A stretch of DNA of 64,000 bases, taken from positions 12,755-76,754 of the forward strand of contig JBGCGH010000043.1 of assembly GCA_045110695.1 (NCBI GenBank), given 5' to 3'. Positions 10,399 to 19,380 of the stretch are shown one piece after another. The DNA is from Bdellovibrionales bacterium. Lineage in GTDB: Bacteria; Bdellovibrionota; Bdellovibrionia; Bdellovibrionales; UBA840. The notes under the pieces were generated by a model. The model did not search any database and was not told where the DNA came from. It was given only the letters and a program-made list of their open reading frames with translations. The position numbers and the translations under genes were made by a program. Positions within the stretch are counted from its first letter, which is position 1. The number at the start of each line of letters is the position of its first letter.

Positions 10399-11393
10399 AT
10401 ATCCCCATCAAGTAAGACTGGTTTTCCAGATTGTATATGGGCCTTGGCCCCTTCAACTTTTATCTTATCATCCTTGCCGGAGAAAGTAATACTCTCCCCC
10501 ACCAATTCATCCTTAGACTTTAACAGACGAGGCTTTCCCGTCATTACAATTTTATTGATTTTTGCATCAATACTGAGCTTTTCTGAAAAGGCTTGTTCGG
10601 TTTTTGATGTTAGCTCCACCCCTCCCAATAAATCAAAAGTATTCACTTCATTTTTCAGACGATCCATTTCCATTATCGCCTCAGCTCCTTTTATTAAATA
10701 TTTTTGATAGATTACTTTTACATTTTCGTTAAACCGGGCAATAGAGTTTCCACTTTGCTTGTCAAAAATTACAGAGTCGGAATTGATTTTCATTTTTTTT
10801 CCAAAATTAGAAATTTGCTCACTAGCAACTTCCCCTAGAACCTGAATTTGGTTTGTATTCAGGTTTGCATTCATTGTTTTACCCGTGACATTCATTATCT
10901 CTTTCGATTTACCTCTGTAGGATAGCCCGAGGGAGTCTTGAGCAACCAGGCTAGAACTTTCTGAAAAGTATTTTAAATCTTGAGTAGTAAACCGATAGCC
11001 ATCGGAGCTAACAACATCTACGCCACCAAAGAAGTGCATATCCTTATTATCAACATTAAATTTGGCGTAAACAGATTCAACTAGATAAGTTACTCCAGCT
11101 GCGGCAAAAAAAGTTACTTTAGATTGATTAAGTTTCCAAAGCTCAGCAGTCTTTAAGGACTCTGCACTTTCCGCGATCATGTCCCATCGCTTTACACCAT
11201 CTTCAGCCTCCACGAGCTTTACTCCCAACATTTTTTGTTCGGTATCACTCGATAGATCTGAAGAAGAAAAGAACTCCTCAGCGCTTCTCAACTCCAATTC
11301 CTCAGGACTCAAAAAACTAACCTGAACAAACAGTCCAATAGTTAGCAGCAGGGATATATAGTAAAATAGACTTCTCAATCTCTTTCCTCTCAA
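10395..11393 (-). CDS. LptC/LptA-like (OstA-fold) LPS transport protein, possibly a fusion
   Basis: 332 aa, TTG start, N-terminal TM anchor ([17 protein letters not shown]). The rest is beta-rich, and the C-terminal half resembles LptA (F.ENVKV....YLIKG..A....; G.V.L......A.S.KL..D....KIV.TG.P.L). Has a 4-nt overlap with lptB. It is the only lptC/lptA candidate at this locus. Confidence 0.55.
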   Translation of the reverse strand: MRGKRLRSLFYYISLLLTIGLFVQVSFLSPEELELRSAEEFFSSSDLSSDTEQKMLGVKLVEAEDGVKRWDMIAESAESLKTAELWKLNQSKVTFFAAAGVTYLVESVYAKFNVDNKDMHFFGGVDVVSSDGYRFTTQDLKYFSESSSLVAQDSLGLSYRGKSKEIMNVTGKTMNANLNTNQIQVLGEVASEQISNFGKKMKINSDSVIFDKQSGNSIARFNENVKVIYQKYLIKGAEAIMEMDRLKNEVNTFDLLGGVELTSKTEQAFSEKLSIDAKINKIVMTGKPRLLKSKDELVGESITFSGKDDKIKVEGAKAHIQSGKPVLLDGDI

Positions 11394-11588
11394 AGTCTTA
11401 TTATAATAGATATATATCCAATTAACACTTCAAAAAATGGGGACTGAACCCAGGTCTCAACTTAGACCCAAGACTCTGGCCTAAATAAGGATTTAAACTA
11501 CAATATTTGCTTAGAAATAACTCAAGAATCCTACCAAAGTCGGTAGATTCATCACAGCTTCGGAGACATAAGCTTTGGAGTAAGAGAG

Positions 11589-12533
11589 CTATTGTTGAAT
11601 TTCTACTTTGAATTTATCAGGCCAAACAGAAAATTTGCTAAAATCTATGTGGAAATTTTTGACTACCCTTCGCGACTCAATCTTCGATAATCGGGAGTAG
11701 TAGTTAACAAACTGAGCTTGGAAAGAAGTCCGCTGGCCGGCCAGAACAGAAAAAAGAAACTCGAAGCCTTGCTGAGAATACGGGACACTTTCATATTTCA
11801 ACTTTGCTTTTTTATTTTCCCAAGCCTGAACATTTCCATTGATCGAGTGTCGTTTTTCAAAAACGAAGGATTCTTTATCCGCCTTAATATTAAAGCCAAC
11901 AAAATCTTCCCCGTCTATATCATGATTCAATACAAACTGAAGCCAAAAGGTCTCGCCCTTTGCATCTATAAGAGGAATGGCGCCAAAACTATAACATGAA
12001 GGAATTCGAATAGGTGAAAGCAGGCAATAACTTTTTACTGACCCACTAAAATGATTGATTACAACTACTCTCTCTAAATCAGAAGGACTAATTGGTTTAT
12101 CATACTTGTCGTAAAAAAACTTTTTTGTTCTGTAGATCGGTGACATGGTTTTTTGAAAATCAGTTTCCGGGTCTCCAAAGAAACGTTCTAGCCAGTTTTT
12201 AGGTTTTGAATCTAAACCGTACTCTTGGATATCGCTGCTTCCATCAAAAAACGGCAATCTAAGATTAAACCATAAGCTTGAATCATCGAAAGAAACTATG
12301 GCAGTCTCCGAGTCTGTTTCTATTTGAATTTCAGAAAAATCTTCTAGATTTTCTTTATGAGCGTATAAAAGTCCCTGTGAATTCGTTTTTGAGGATTGGA
12401 TAAAAGATCTTAGCATTGGTCTTAGCTTTGTATCTACCGAGTCCTGAAAAGCCATAAAGTCATCTTCTAGTTTTTCGTTAGAAAAACTATTCAAAGAAAA
12501 AAAACTTATGAACAAAATCAAAAAAAGATTCAA
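11589..12533 (-). CDS. Hypothetical secreted protein
   Basis: 314 aa with a signal peptide (MNLFLILFISFFSLNSFS). 3-nt gap from the upstream gene. Confidence 0.5.
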   Translation of the reverse strand: MNLFLILFISFFSLNSFSNEKLEDDFMAFQDSVDTKLRPMLRSFIQSSKTNSQGLLYAHKENLEDFSEIQIETDSETAIVSFDDSSLWFNLRLPFFDGSSDIQEYGLDSKPKNWLERFFGDPETDFQKTMSPIYRTKKFFYDKYDKPISPSDLERVVVINHFSGSVKSYCLLSPIRIPSCYSFGAIPLIDAKGETFWLQFVLNHDIDGEDFVGFNIKADKESFVFEKRHSINGNVQAWENKKAKLKYESVPYSQQGFEFLFSVLAGQRTSFQAQFVNYYSRLSKIESRRVVKNFHIDFSKFSVWPDKFKVEIQQ

Positions 12534-12536
12534 AAC

Positions 12537-14039
12537 CTAATACCTCGCCTTGCATGCCGAAGTCTCTATGGATCTAAAATCGGCTCTATTAACTATTTCA
12601 ACTATCGACTGAACAACCCGTCCCATATCGGCAATGTGCTGGGCCTCTTTATTGCTGGGAGTACCGTAGAAGATAAACTGGGAAGCTTTTCTCAAGAAGA
12701 ATTTAGTAACATCTTTGGGCGATTTTGACTGCATTTTTTCACTCTCTAACTGCTTAAAAAACTTATCCAATTCTCTTTTCTCTAGTAATTGCTTTTGCAA
12801 CTCCATTGCTTTGCCTGTGACATGTATTTTTTTCCCCATTCCGTAGGTGAGGAACATTAATGCGACGGAAAGCCCTGTTAGCATAAGTAAAGTTTGGTTA
12901 TTGGTTCCACCAACCATATAGGTTTGCATGCTGGTAACGGCTCCAAAGCTGCTTATTAGGGCCATCAAATTAAATCTAATACTGAGGTTGGAGCGTTTCT
13001 CCATTATACTTTCCAAGCGGTCCTGGTTTAAAGTCTTCTTCAATAGTCGTAAAGCAAAGTCGTCACTAAACGCCTTTTCAAAAACCCCTTGAAAAATAGC
13101 AACTACAGTTCCTAAAGCAAGTCCCAATAACCAATAGTGCATAAGGGAGTCCTGAATGATATATCCAAAGGAGGCGTAAATTAGAGGCGTAATTGCACTA
13201 AAACCCAACTCTAGCAAAACAAAGTAAAACATTGTTTCAAGTTTTAAGCCCATCACTTCTAGGTGGGCCAGTTGCCTAAATAAATTGATAGCTTTATTAG
13301 GATGTTGCTCACTACTGATATGTGAATCAAACATATGTTGGTAGAGAGGATTAAAAATCGCAAAACCTGCACTTAGAACCATCGTTAAATTAACAGAGGC
13401 ATTGGCCACCATCAAGGGCTCAGAAACTAGAATTAAAGCAACCGACACAGCAACATTATTTATAAAAAATCGAACTACGCCGATCCCAATATCTTTAACA
13501 GTTGTTAGGTGCCCATATTTTTTATCGAAGACTTCCATCAAATGAGATGGATTATACACTTTTGAACTCTTTAGTTCTAAAAGTTCCCTACGTCTTTCTG
13601 ATGTTACTAGTCTCTCTGTCTCTGCCATGCTGTACTTAAAACTTTTGTCTTCCATAATAGCGTGAGCGTTTAGACTAACTGTCGCATTAGGGTTGGACTG
13701 TTTAATCTGGTTAAATAACCCAAGCATAGAAGACTTCATATCTCCCGCTTTTGAAACATCATGAATTTTCATTTCCATCTTGATGTCATCGGGATTGTTC
13801 GAAGTTCCCTGCATTCGAACTTCGTAGCCACCCTCCTTAAGCGCAAGAATATCTCTATTCTCACCAAAAGGCAGCTTAACAGAACTATTGGAACTTGGAT
13901 TTGTCGAGTTCTGCGCATAAACAAGGAGCGGCGACAGACCTATACTGAAGATTAAAAATGATTTGATTAGTGCATCCACAAAAATACGCACGATACTTCC
14001 CGTCCTTAATTTATTTAAAATAAGAGGCAGATTTCCCAA
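12537..14039 (-). CDS. Hypothetical polytopic membrane protein
   Basis: 500 aa, TTG start (uncertain). N-terminal signal/anchor, a soluble domain of about 170 aa, then at least 6 hydrophobic helices and a charged C-terminal tail. Confidence 0.5.
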   Translation of the reverse strand: MGNLPLILNKLRTGSIVRIFVDALIKSFLIFSIGLSPLLVYAQNSTNPSSNSSVKLPFGENRDILALKEGGYEVRMQGTSNNPDDIKMEMKIHDVSKAGDMKSSMLGLFNQIKQSNPNATVSLNAHAIMEDKSFKYSMAETERLVTSERRRELLELKSSKVYNPSHLMEVFDKKYGHLTTVKDIGIGVVRFFINNVAVSVALILVSEPLMVANASVNLTMVLSAGFAIFNPLYQHMFDSHISSEQHPNKAINLFRQLAHLEVMGLKLETMFYFVLLELGFSAITPLIYASFGYIIQDSLMHYWLLGLALGTVVAIFQGVFEKAFSDDFALRLLKKTLNQDRLESIMEKRSNLSIRFNLMALISSFGAVTSMQTYMVGGTNNQTLLMLTGLSVALMFLTYGMGKKIHVTGKAMELQKQLLEKRELDKFFKQLESEKMQSKSPKDVTKFFLRKASQFIFYGTPSNKEAQHIADMGRVVQSIVEIVNRADFRSIETSACKARY

Positions 14040-14162
14040 AAGGCCCTATATTTTAAATGGCTTACTCAATTCTACTACTTGTCTTGCAATCCGCTTACCA
14101 AGAGTTCCTTTCTATAAAATTCGCTAATGATAATCAACTCTAATCACCTAAGGAGGTGTTTC

Positions 14163-14315
14163 GTGGCATTTTTTATAAGAACAGGCTATAGTAGAAGGAA
14201 ATACATATACTATTTACCTGGTTCCATAAGCACGAGTTTGAGCTCCAAAAACTTAGCTTTTTGTATAGGGCTATGTAGAGGGTTTTCACCTCCTTTTCAA
14301 AGCTTAGATCATTGA
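14163..14315 (+). CDS. Possible small basic protein (50 aa); very uncertain
   Basis: Perfect SD AAGGAGGTG (14150-14158) lies 6 nt (from the GGAGG core, 14152-14156) before an in-frame GTG at 14163, within track ORF 14127..14315. The composition is not convincingly protein-like. Confidence 0.2.
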   Translation: MAFFIRTGYSRRKYIYYLPGSISTSLSSKNLAFCIGLCRGFSPPFQSLDH

Positions 14316-14478
14316 ATTATTTATATTGGCCAGCCCAAAATGGGCCCTCTTTTAGCTTTCTCCCACGTAGAAAACCCTCTGAAATTGGGCCAACAAGACG
14401 AAATTCTAGCGAGACTAGGCTTTGATCATCCGTTTTTATAAAATCTTAATTTTAATCTCTAAAAGCCGATACGTAAGT

Positions 14479-15177
14479 ATGGAATTAAAATGTTTTACTT
14501 TTGTAGATAATTTGGTGGAAGGTCCTTTTTCAAAAGAGGAACTCAATCATTATTTAGAATCGCATGAAAATGCTAAGCAGATACAAGTTTGGTGGAAAGG
14601 TCAAAAGCACTGGTCTTTTCCGAAAGCTTTTCTACTTCATGAGCCTGAAGAAAATGTATTTGATATTCGTAAAAGTAAAGCCATCTGGTTCGTTGAAAAA
14701 GAAGGAAAAGTCCAAGGCCCACTTATTAGAGATGAAATGTTACAAGCCTTGAAAGACTCTAAGAATCTAAGTCAGGTTAAAATTTGGCAAAAAGGACAGA
14801 AGAGCAAAGCGACCGTATATCAACACAACGACCTACAAGACTCTCTAGGGATTGTTCAAAGAAAGTCTTCTCGGGCCCCAATTGTTGGAGAAGTAGAAAT
14901 CAAGAAAGAAAAGGAAACCATTCATTCTAAAATCACCTCCATCTCTATGGGGGGCTTAGGTGTTGCTGACACTCCAGATCTGGTTCAAGGTGAAATATTA
15001 GATTTAAGAGTAACAAGTCCCCTTTTAACAATGGAATTTAGCTGTAAGGGACAAGTTCGTTACAATAGTAATACAAGAACAGGAATAGAATTTGATACAA
15101 TCAACGCTGAAGCCAAGGCTAGTATTATGGAATACGTAAAGCAATTTTCTATTGATGAAAAGAAGAAGGTTGCTTAA
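14479..15177 (+). CDS. GYF_2-GYF_2-PilZ domain protein (putative c-di-GMP receptor)
   Basis: Start moved to ATG 14479 (MELKCFTF...). Two GYF_2-like repeats: GPFSKEELNHYLESHENAKQIQVWWKGQKHWSF and GKVQGPLIRDEMLQALKDSKNLSQVKIWQKGQK. C-terminal PilZ motifs RKSSR...(D/N)xSxxG as ITSISMGGLGV. Confidence 0.75.
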   Translation: MELKCFTFVDNLVEGPFSKEELNHYLESHENAKQIQVWWKGQKHWSFPKAFLLHEPEENVFDIRKSKAIWFVEKEGKVQGPLIRDEMLQALKDSKNLSQVKIWQKGQKSKATVYQHNDLQDSLGIVQRKSSRAPIVGEVEIKKEKETIHSKITSISMGGLGVADTPDLVQGEILDLRVTSPLLTMEFSCKGQVRYNSNTRTGIEFDTINAEAKASIMEYVKQFSIDEKKKVA

Positions 15178-15180
15178 AAG

Positions 15181-15792
15181 CTAAAGCGAGGCCTGGTCCT
15201 CTATCTCTTCTTCTGCGTCTTTCTTAAATTTATTTTCGACCGTTACAACAGCAAAATTTATCTCAGAGGCACCCGCTTCCGTCAAAGTAAACATTAGTTT
15301 CTTAATCGTAAGGAAATCTATTGTCTTATCTGCCTGCAAAGTTACTCGCCTAAAATCCTTATCAAATTTGTCGGTATCTTGAACTTCTGCAACGACTTCC
15401 TTCAAGCGACTCGAGGTTCGGTTTATAAAGCGAGTTTCCTCAGCCTCAACCACAGATTTAAAAAACTGAAATAGTGGATAAACAAGCCATTGTTGCTGGT
15501 TTTTAACCGAGCTTAACGGAATCACTTGATTGTCGTTTAGAAAAATCATATCTTTCGACACTATTACTACGTTAGCAGGGTTGAGTTCTCGAATTTGAGT
15601 CGCTTTGGGTAGCTGAACATCGTTTCTTAGCCTAATCACTTCGCCGGTTTCTTTATAGTTCTGAAGTAGAAAGATTGTTAGAACTGTAAACATATCAACC
15701 ATAGCCGTAAGAGAAAGCATGACCACAGAGTTGCGCTTAGCGGGCTTAGCTTTTCCTCTTCTGTTTCTGATACCTGGTACATGAATTGGCAT
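15181..15792 (-). CDS. ExbD/TolR family proton-channel subunit (AglQ/AglS-like)
   Basis: 203 aa. Basic N-terminus, then a single TM helix with the conserved Asp (LTAMVDMFTVLTIFLL). Last gene of the operon. Confidence 0.8.
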   Translation of the reverse strand: MPIHVPGIRNRRGKAKPAKRNSVVMLSLTAMVDMFTVLTIFLLQNYKETGEVIRLRNDVQLPKATQIRELNPANVVIVSKDMIFLNDNQVIPLSSVKNQQQWLVYPLFQFFKSVVEAEETRFINRTSSRLKEVVAEVQDTDKFDKDFRRVTLQADKTIDFLTIKKLMFTLTEAGASEINFAVVTVENKFKKDAEEEIEDQASL

Positions 15793-15801
15793 TATCAGTC
15801 C

Positions 15802-16263
15802 TTACTGTGTTGCGACAGCAACTTCGGGGAAGCCTGCGTTAAGAATCGCATCCATCCCTTCAATCATGTCATTATATTCCAAATTATCCTGTAAAGAAAT
15901 TGTAGCACTGGAATTCTCTGGAAATCTCTGCTTAATTTGAACTAGCTGGTTGTAAAGCTCCATCTTGTTAAAATTACCTTCTAATTTGGGTATTTGAAAA
16001 CTAGAGTTTTGAAGCTTAACTATGTAACCAGTATTTGTGAGTCGGATCTGTAAGAAAATATCTTCTACTTTTTTAATATTCTGAGAATCATTCCCCGTGT
16101 TCTTTCCATAAATAGAACTACCTAACTCAATCATTGAAACCTGGGTCCAAACTGCTGTTACAAGCAGAAATATGATACAAACACTCATCAAGTCGATGAA
16201 AGGAACCAAGTTTGGTTCTACATTAGTCTGTCTTCCCTCTGATGGTCCATCTATTTGAGCCAC
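15802..16263 (-). CDS. ExbD/TolR family proton-channel subunit (AglQ/AglS-like)
   Basis: 153 aa. LVPFIDLMSVCIIFLL TM helix with Asp. Confidence 0.8.
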   Translation of the reverse strand: MAQIDGPSEGRQTNVEPNLVPFIDLMSVCIIFLLVTAVWTQVSMIELGSSIYGKNTGNDSQNIKKVEDIFLQIRLTNTGYIVKLQNSSFQIPKLEGNFNKMELYNQLVQIKQRFPENSSATISLQDNLEYNDMIEGMDAILNAGFPEVAVATQ

Positions 16264-16273
16264 TAATACCTAC

Positions 16274-16936
16274 TTATGATTTAAGTTTATCACGGTTACT
16301 TACAACTAGATTCATGATCTTCATACTCGTTTCTTGCATATCATTTATCGCTTTACCAATTCTTAGCTGGTAGAAGCCATAGGCAAGTAGAGCTGGAATT
16401 GCCACTGCAAGTCCCGCTGCTGTACAGTTAAGTGCGTGCGATATACCTTGCGATAAAAGTTCAGCTTTCTGAGCAGCATCAGCCTGAGAAACAGCCGAGA
16501 AACCAATGATCAAACCAATCACTGTACCCAGTAAGCCTATCAGAGTGGCCACGTTACCAGAAACCGCTAGCATAGGCGTTAGGCCTTCGAGCCTAGGAGT
16601 TTCCTCTAATACAGCTCCATCTAAAGCGACTTGCACTTCTTCGTCAGGTCTTCTATTTAAAACCTGCTTTAAACCCTCTTTTACCGTGTTAGGTAAGGGA
16701 GCATTTTTATCTTCACAAATCATTATAGCTTCGCGAATATTTCCGTTCAGAATCTGCGGAAATACCTTTGATACAAAATCGTCTTTATCAACTATGAGTC
16801 GATGTAGAGCTATGAATCTTTCAATAATTAAGAAGACCGTTAGTAAACCTGTTAAAGCGATGAAATACATTGCTGTACCACCATCATTAAAGGCTTTAAT
16901 TAACCAATGAACTTGTTCCACACTTACCGGTTCCAC
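16274..16936 (-). CDS. MotA/TolQ/ExbB family proton channel (AglR-like)
   Basis: 220 aa, 3 TM helices. C-terminal GLLGTVIGLI...AL..TA.GL.VAIPAL..Y motif typical of TolQ/ExbB. Confidence 0.85.
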   Translation of the reverse strand: MEPVSVEQVHWLIKAFNDGGTAMYFIALTGLLTVFLIIERFIALHRLIVDKDDFVSKVFPQILNGNIREAIMICEDKNAPLPNTVKEGLKQVLNRRPDEEVQVALDGAVLEETPRLEGLTPMLAVSGNVATLIGLLGTVIGLIIGFSAVSQADAAQKAELLSQGISHALNCTAAGLAVAIPALLAYGFYQLRIGKAINDMQETSMKIMNLVVSNRDKLKS

Positions 16937-16951
16937 TGCAATCCTCCTTGA

Positions 16952-19126
16952 CTACCTTGCCGAGAAAGCGAAAGGGAAAGAGATTTTTGCTTCCGCACCC
17001 TGAGGTGGTTCTGGAAATCTCCATGTCTTAAGCCTTCTTATTAAACATTTTTCTATATTCTTGTTATTAATGGTACTTTTTTCTACTTTAGCACTACCAA
17101 CCCGCCCTTTAGCCCTAATAGTAAAGCCAATCGTTACTTTACCGGATAGGTTAAAATTTCGGTTCAATTCAGCATCATAACAGGCTTTAATTGCAGCCTT
17201 TTGATTTAAAATAACTCTTCGAACAGCCTCTCTGTCTATGTCTCCGAGGAATTCCTCTCCCTGTCCGCCGATATCGATTCCGGTTTTACCCTTCTGACCT
17301 AAGTTACCATCACCGTATTCATCTAAACCTGAGCCTTTACCTTTGGTATTAATATCAGTTCGTCCATAAGTCTCAGTTCCCTTGCCACCTGCTGATACTT
17401 CTTTGAGACCACTGGAGTTGTTACTTCCACCACGGCCACCACCAGCGCCAGTGACCTTTTGAGAGGCCCCACGAGTAGCGTTTGCACCCTTAGTTAATTT
17501 CGCTACTTTTTGTTGAGTTCCGCTATTTGCAAAAACCCCCAGTAGACCTGAGCTTTCAATATTAGGTTTTTTCTTCGTTTCATCTCCCTGCTTTTTCTTT
17601 GGCTTTCCTTTAAAACGACTAGGCTTCTTTGCCCCCCGTCCTTTTTTAGCAGCAGTGGTTTTCATTTTTTCTCGAATAGGATTTTTTGCACGCTTCACAG
17701 CTGCGGCCTTACCCGGATTACCCTTCGCTTTTTTAGGAGTTTTTTGATCCACCCTCGATGGACTTTTAACTATTCGTGATTTTCGAGCCTGTGTATTTTG
17801 TTTCACAGGTGCCGGTGGTTTCTCTGGGCGATTAAAAATAAAGGTAGTTACCTTTTTCTGTTTCTCTTCGAGCTCCGGTTCATCTAAATCTTTATAGATT
17901 GTGGCGACAGTATATAGAATCAAAGAAAGAGCCACTGCTAGAACAAATACCATCAGCTCATGAGGCTTCAAACCACTCAATGGACCTAAAAATAGATCTG
18001 CCGATTCTTTAGTATTAGAAATATAAAGACTAAGACCGCTTTCTAAGTCGAGTCTGAGCATTTCACCTTGCTGTAGCTCCAGAACAAAAAAAGCACCATT
18101 AGGATTGAGCCTTCCTTGCCTAGACGCTTCCTCTAGACTGATGGAATCAGATTTATTAATAAACAGCCGTCCCCTTTTTTCTTTAGGAACGATGATCTGA
18201 GAAACAGACTGGAAATTTCTGAGTAATAGTTGGGAGCTTGGTATACTATCGATATTTGGAATAACGACTTCGTTCTTAGGATGGGAACCAAACTTAACAT
18301 CTCCCTCGTTTTGTATTCGATAAGTTTCTAATACCCTATCTCCCCAAGATAATAATATTTCAAGCCCAACACCTTTTTTAGGAGTCAGTATACTGTCTAA
18401 ATCTTCATAGGAGCTTTCAGGAGCGAATGTAACTTTTTTCCTTGGAACCATTCCTATTAGATTATCGGGGCCCGGCCTCTCTTCCACTTTATCTTTTGGA
18501 GGAGTGACTGTTGCTTCAACCATCCTATCATCATCTAAACTAGATGCAGAGACTGAGCTAACTTCGCTTGGCTCTTTAGAAGTAGGTACTTCAATAGGTA
18601 TTTGAACATTTGTGACAATAGTTTTTTCGTCCTGTACTTTATCTACTGAGCCTTCTGCAGTATCCGCTTCGACTTCTTGCTCAACAGCTGGAACTTTTGG
18701 TATTTCTGGAATCTTAATATCTGGAATACTGGGCACTGGTTCAGGTTTTTTTGTAATCTCAGGAACAGTTGCTGGTACTGGAGGTACAGCAGTTTTTACT
18801 GAGATTGCCTCTGGTTGGAATGCCTTTGGAATACCAACGTGGAATTCAATTAGCGTTTCGCCAAGACGTATATTATCTCCTGTTTGAATAGGATGATCCA
18901 GAACAATTTCATTGTTTAGAAAGGTGCCTTGCTCAGACCCTAAATCGCAAAGGTAAAAATCACTTCCTCTTTTTTCAATCATTGCATGGATATTAGAGAT
19001 AGCTACATCATCTAGATTTAAATCCACATCTGCATTTCGTCCAATTACAAATTGATCCTTATTCACTTGTTTAACTTGAGCTACTTTGCCATCAATAACG
19101 ACACGTAAAAATATTGGAGTGCTCAT
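16952..19126 (-). CDS. FHA domain / single-TM / TonB_C-like (AgmX-GltG-type) protein
   Basis: 724 aa. N-terminal FHA (FVIGRNADVDLNLDDVAISNIHAMIEKRGSDFYLCDLGSEQGTFLNN), Pro/Glu-rich linker, TM LMVFVLAVALSLILYTVATIY, Lys-rich and Gly-rich low-complexity region. The C-terminal domain of about 90 aa (IKACYDAELNRN..LSGKVTIGFTI...G.V..A.V..S......IE.C...R.L..W.FP.P) resembles TonB_C / the AgmX C-terminal domain. Confidence 0.7.
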   Translation of the reverse strand: MSTPIFLRVVIDGKVAQVKQVNKDQFVIGRNADVDLNLDDVAISNIHAMIEKRGSDFYLCDLGSEQGTFLNNEIVLDHPIQTGDNIRLGETLIEFHVGIPKAFQPEAISVKTAVPPVPATVPEITKKPEPVPSIPDIKIPEIPKVPAVEQEVEADTAEGSVDKVQDEKTIVTNVQIPIEVPTSKEPSEVSSVSASSLDDDRMVEATVTPPKDKVEERPGPDNLIGMVPRKKVTFAPESSYEDLDSILTPKKGVGLEILLSWGDRVLETYRIQNEGDVKFGSHPKNEVVIPNIDSIPSSQLLLRNFQSVSQIIVPKEKRGRLFINKSDSISLEEASRQGRLNPNGAFFVLELQQGEMLRLDLESGLSLYISNTKESADLFLGPLSGLKPHELMVFVLAVALSLILYTVATIYKDLDEPELEEKQKKVTTFIFNRPEKPPAPVKQNTQARKSRIVKSPSRVDQKTPKKAKGNPGKAAAVKRAKNPIREKMKTTAAKKGRGAKKPSRFKGKPKKKQGDETKKKPNIESSGLLGVFANSGTQQKVAKLTKGANATRGASQKVTGAGGGRGGSNNSSGLKEVSAGGKGTETYGRTDINTKGKGSGLDEYGDGNLGQKGKTGIDIGGQGEEFLGDIDREAVRRVILNQKAAIKACYDAELNRNFNLSGKVTIGFTIRAKGRVGSAKVEKSTINNKNIEKCLIRRLKTWRFPEPPQGAEAKISFPFAFSAR

Positions 19127-19380
19127 TTATCAAAATCTCCTAATTCAAGCTTCTTCCCAGTACTTTCCATTTCGGGAATAAAGTCTTCTCTAAGTTGTAA
19201 CATTCGATTGAAGTTGAATCGTTTTCTTTGCAAAAGATAAAATAGCTCAGGTTTTTGAATATCACCCTGAACCAGTTCATCCTCAAAATCTATCTCAATA
19301 ACACGCTTCCCTTTTTGGTTTTGTGCCAAAGTAGTCTCACTAAAAAGTAAAAAAAGCATTAAGGGTAATAGCCACTTCAT
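19123..19380 (-). CDS. Small secreted protein (positionally equivalent to gltF)
   Basis: 85 aa, signal peptide MKWLLPLMLFLLFSETTLA. Has 4-nt overlaps with both neighbours. Confidence 0.45.
   Translation of the reverse strand: MKWLLPLMLFLLFSETTLAQNQKGKRVIEIDFEDELVQGDIQKPELFYLLQRKRFNFNRMLQLREDFIPEMESTGKKLELGDFDK

Noticed and set aside
14127-14162. ATG 14127 as the start of the 62-aa track ORF
   Set aside because: No RBS precedes it, and the perfect SD lies inside this stretch and serves the GTG at 14163 if anything is translated. The whole ORF remains doubtful.
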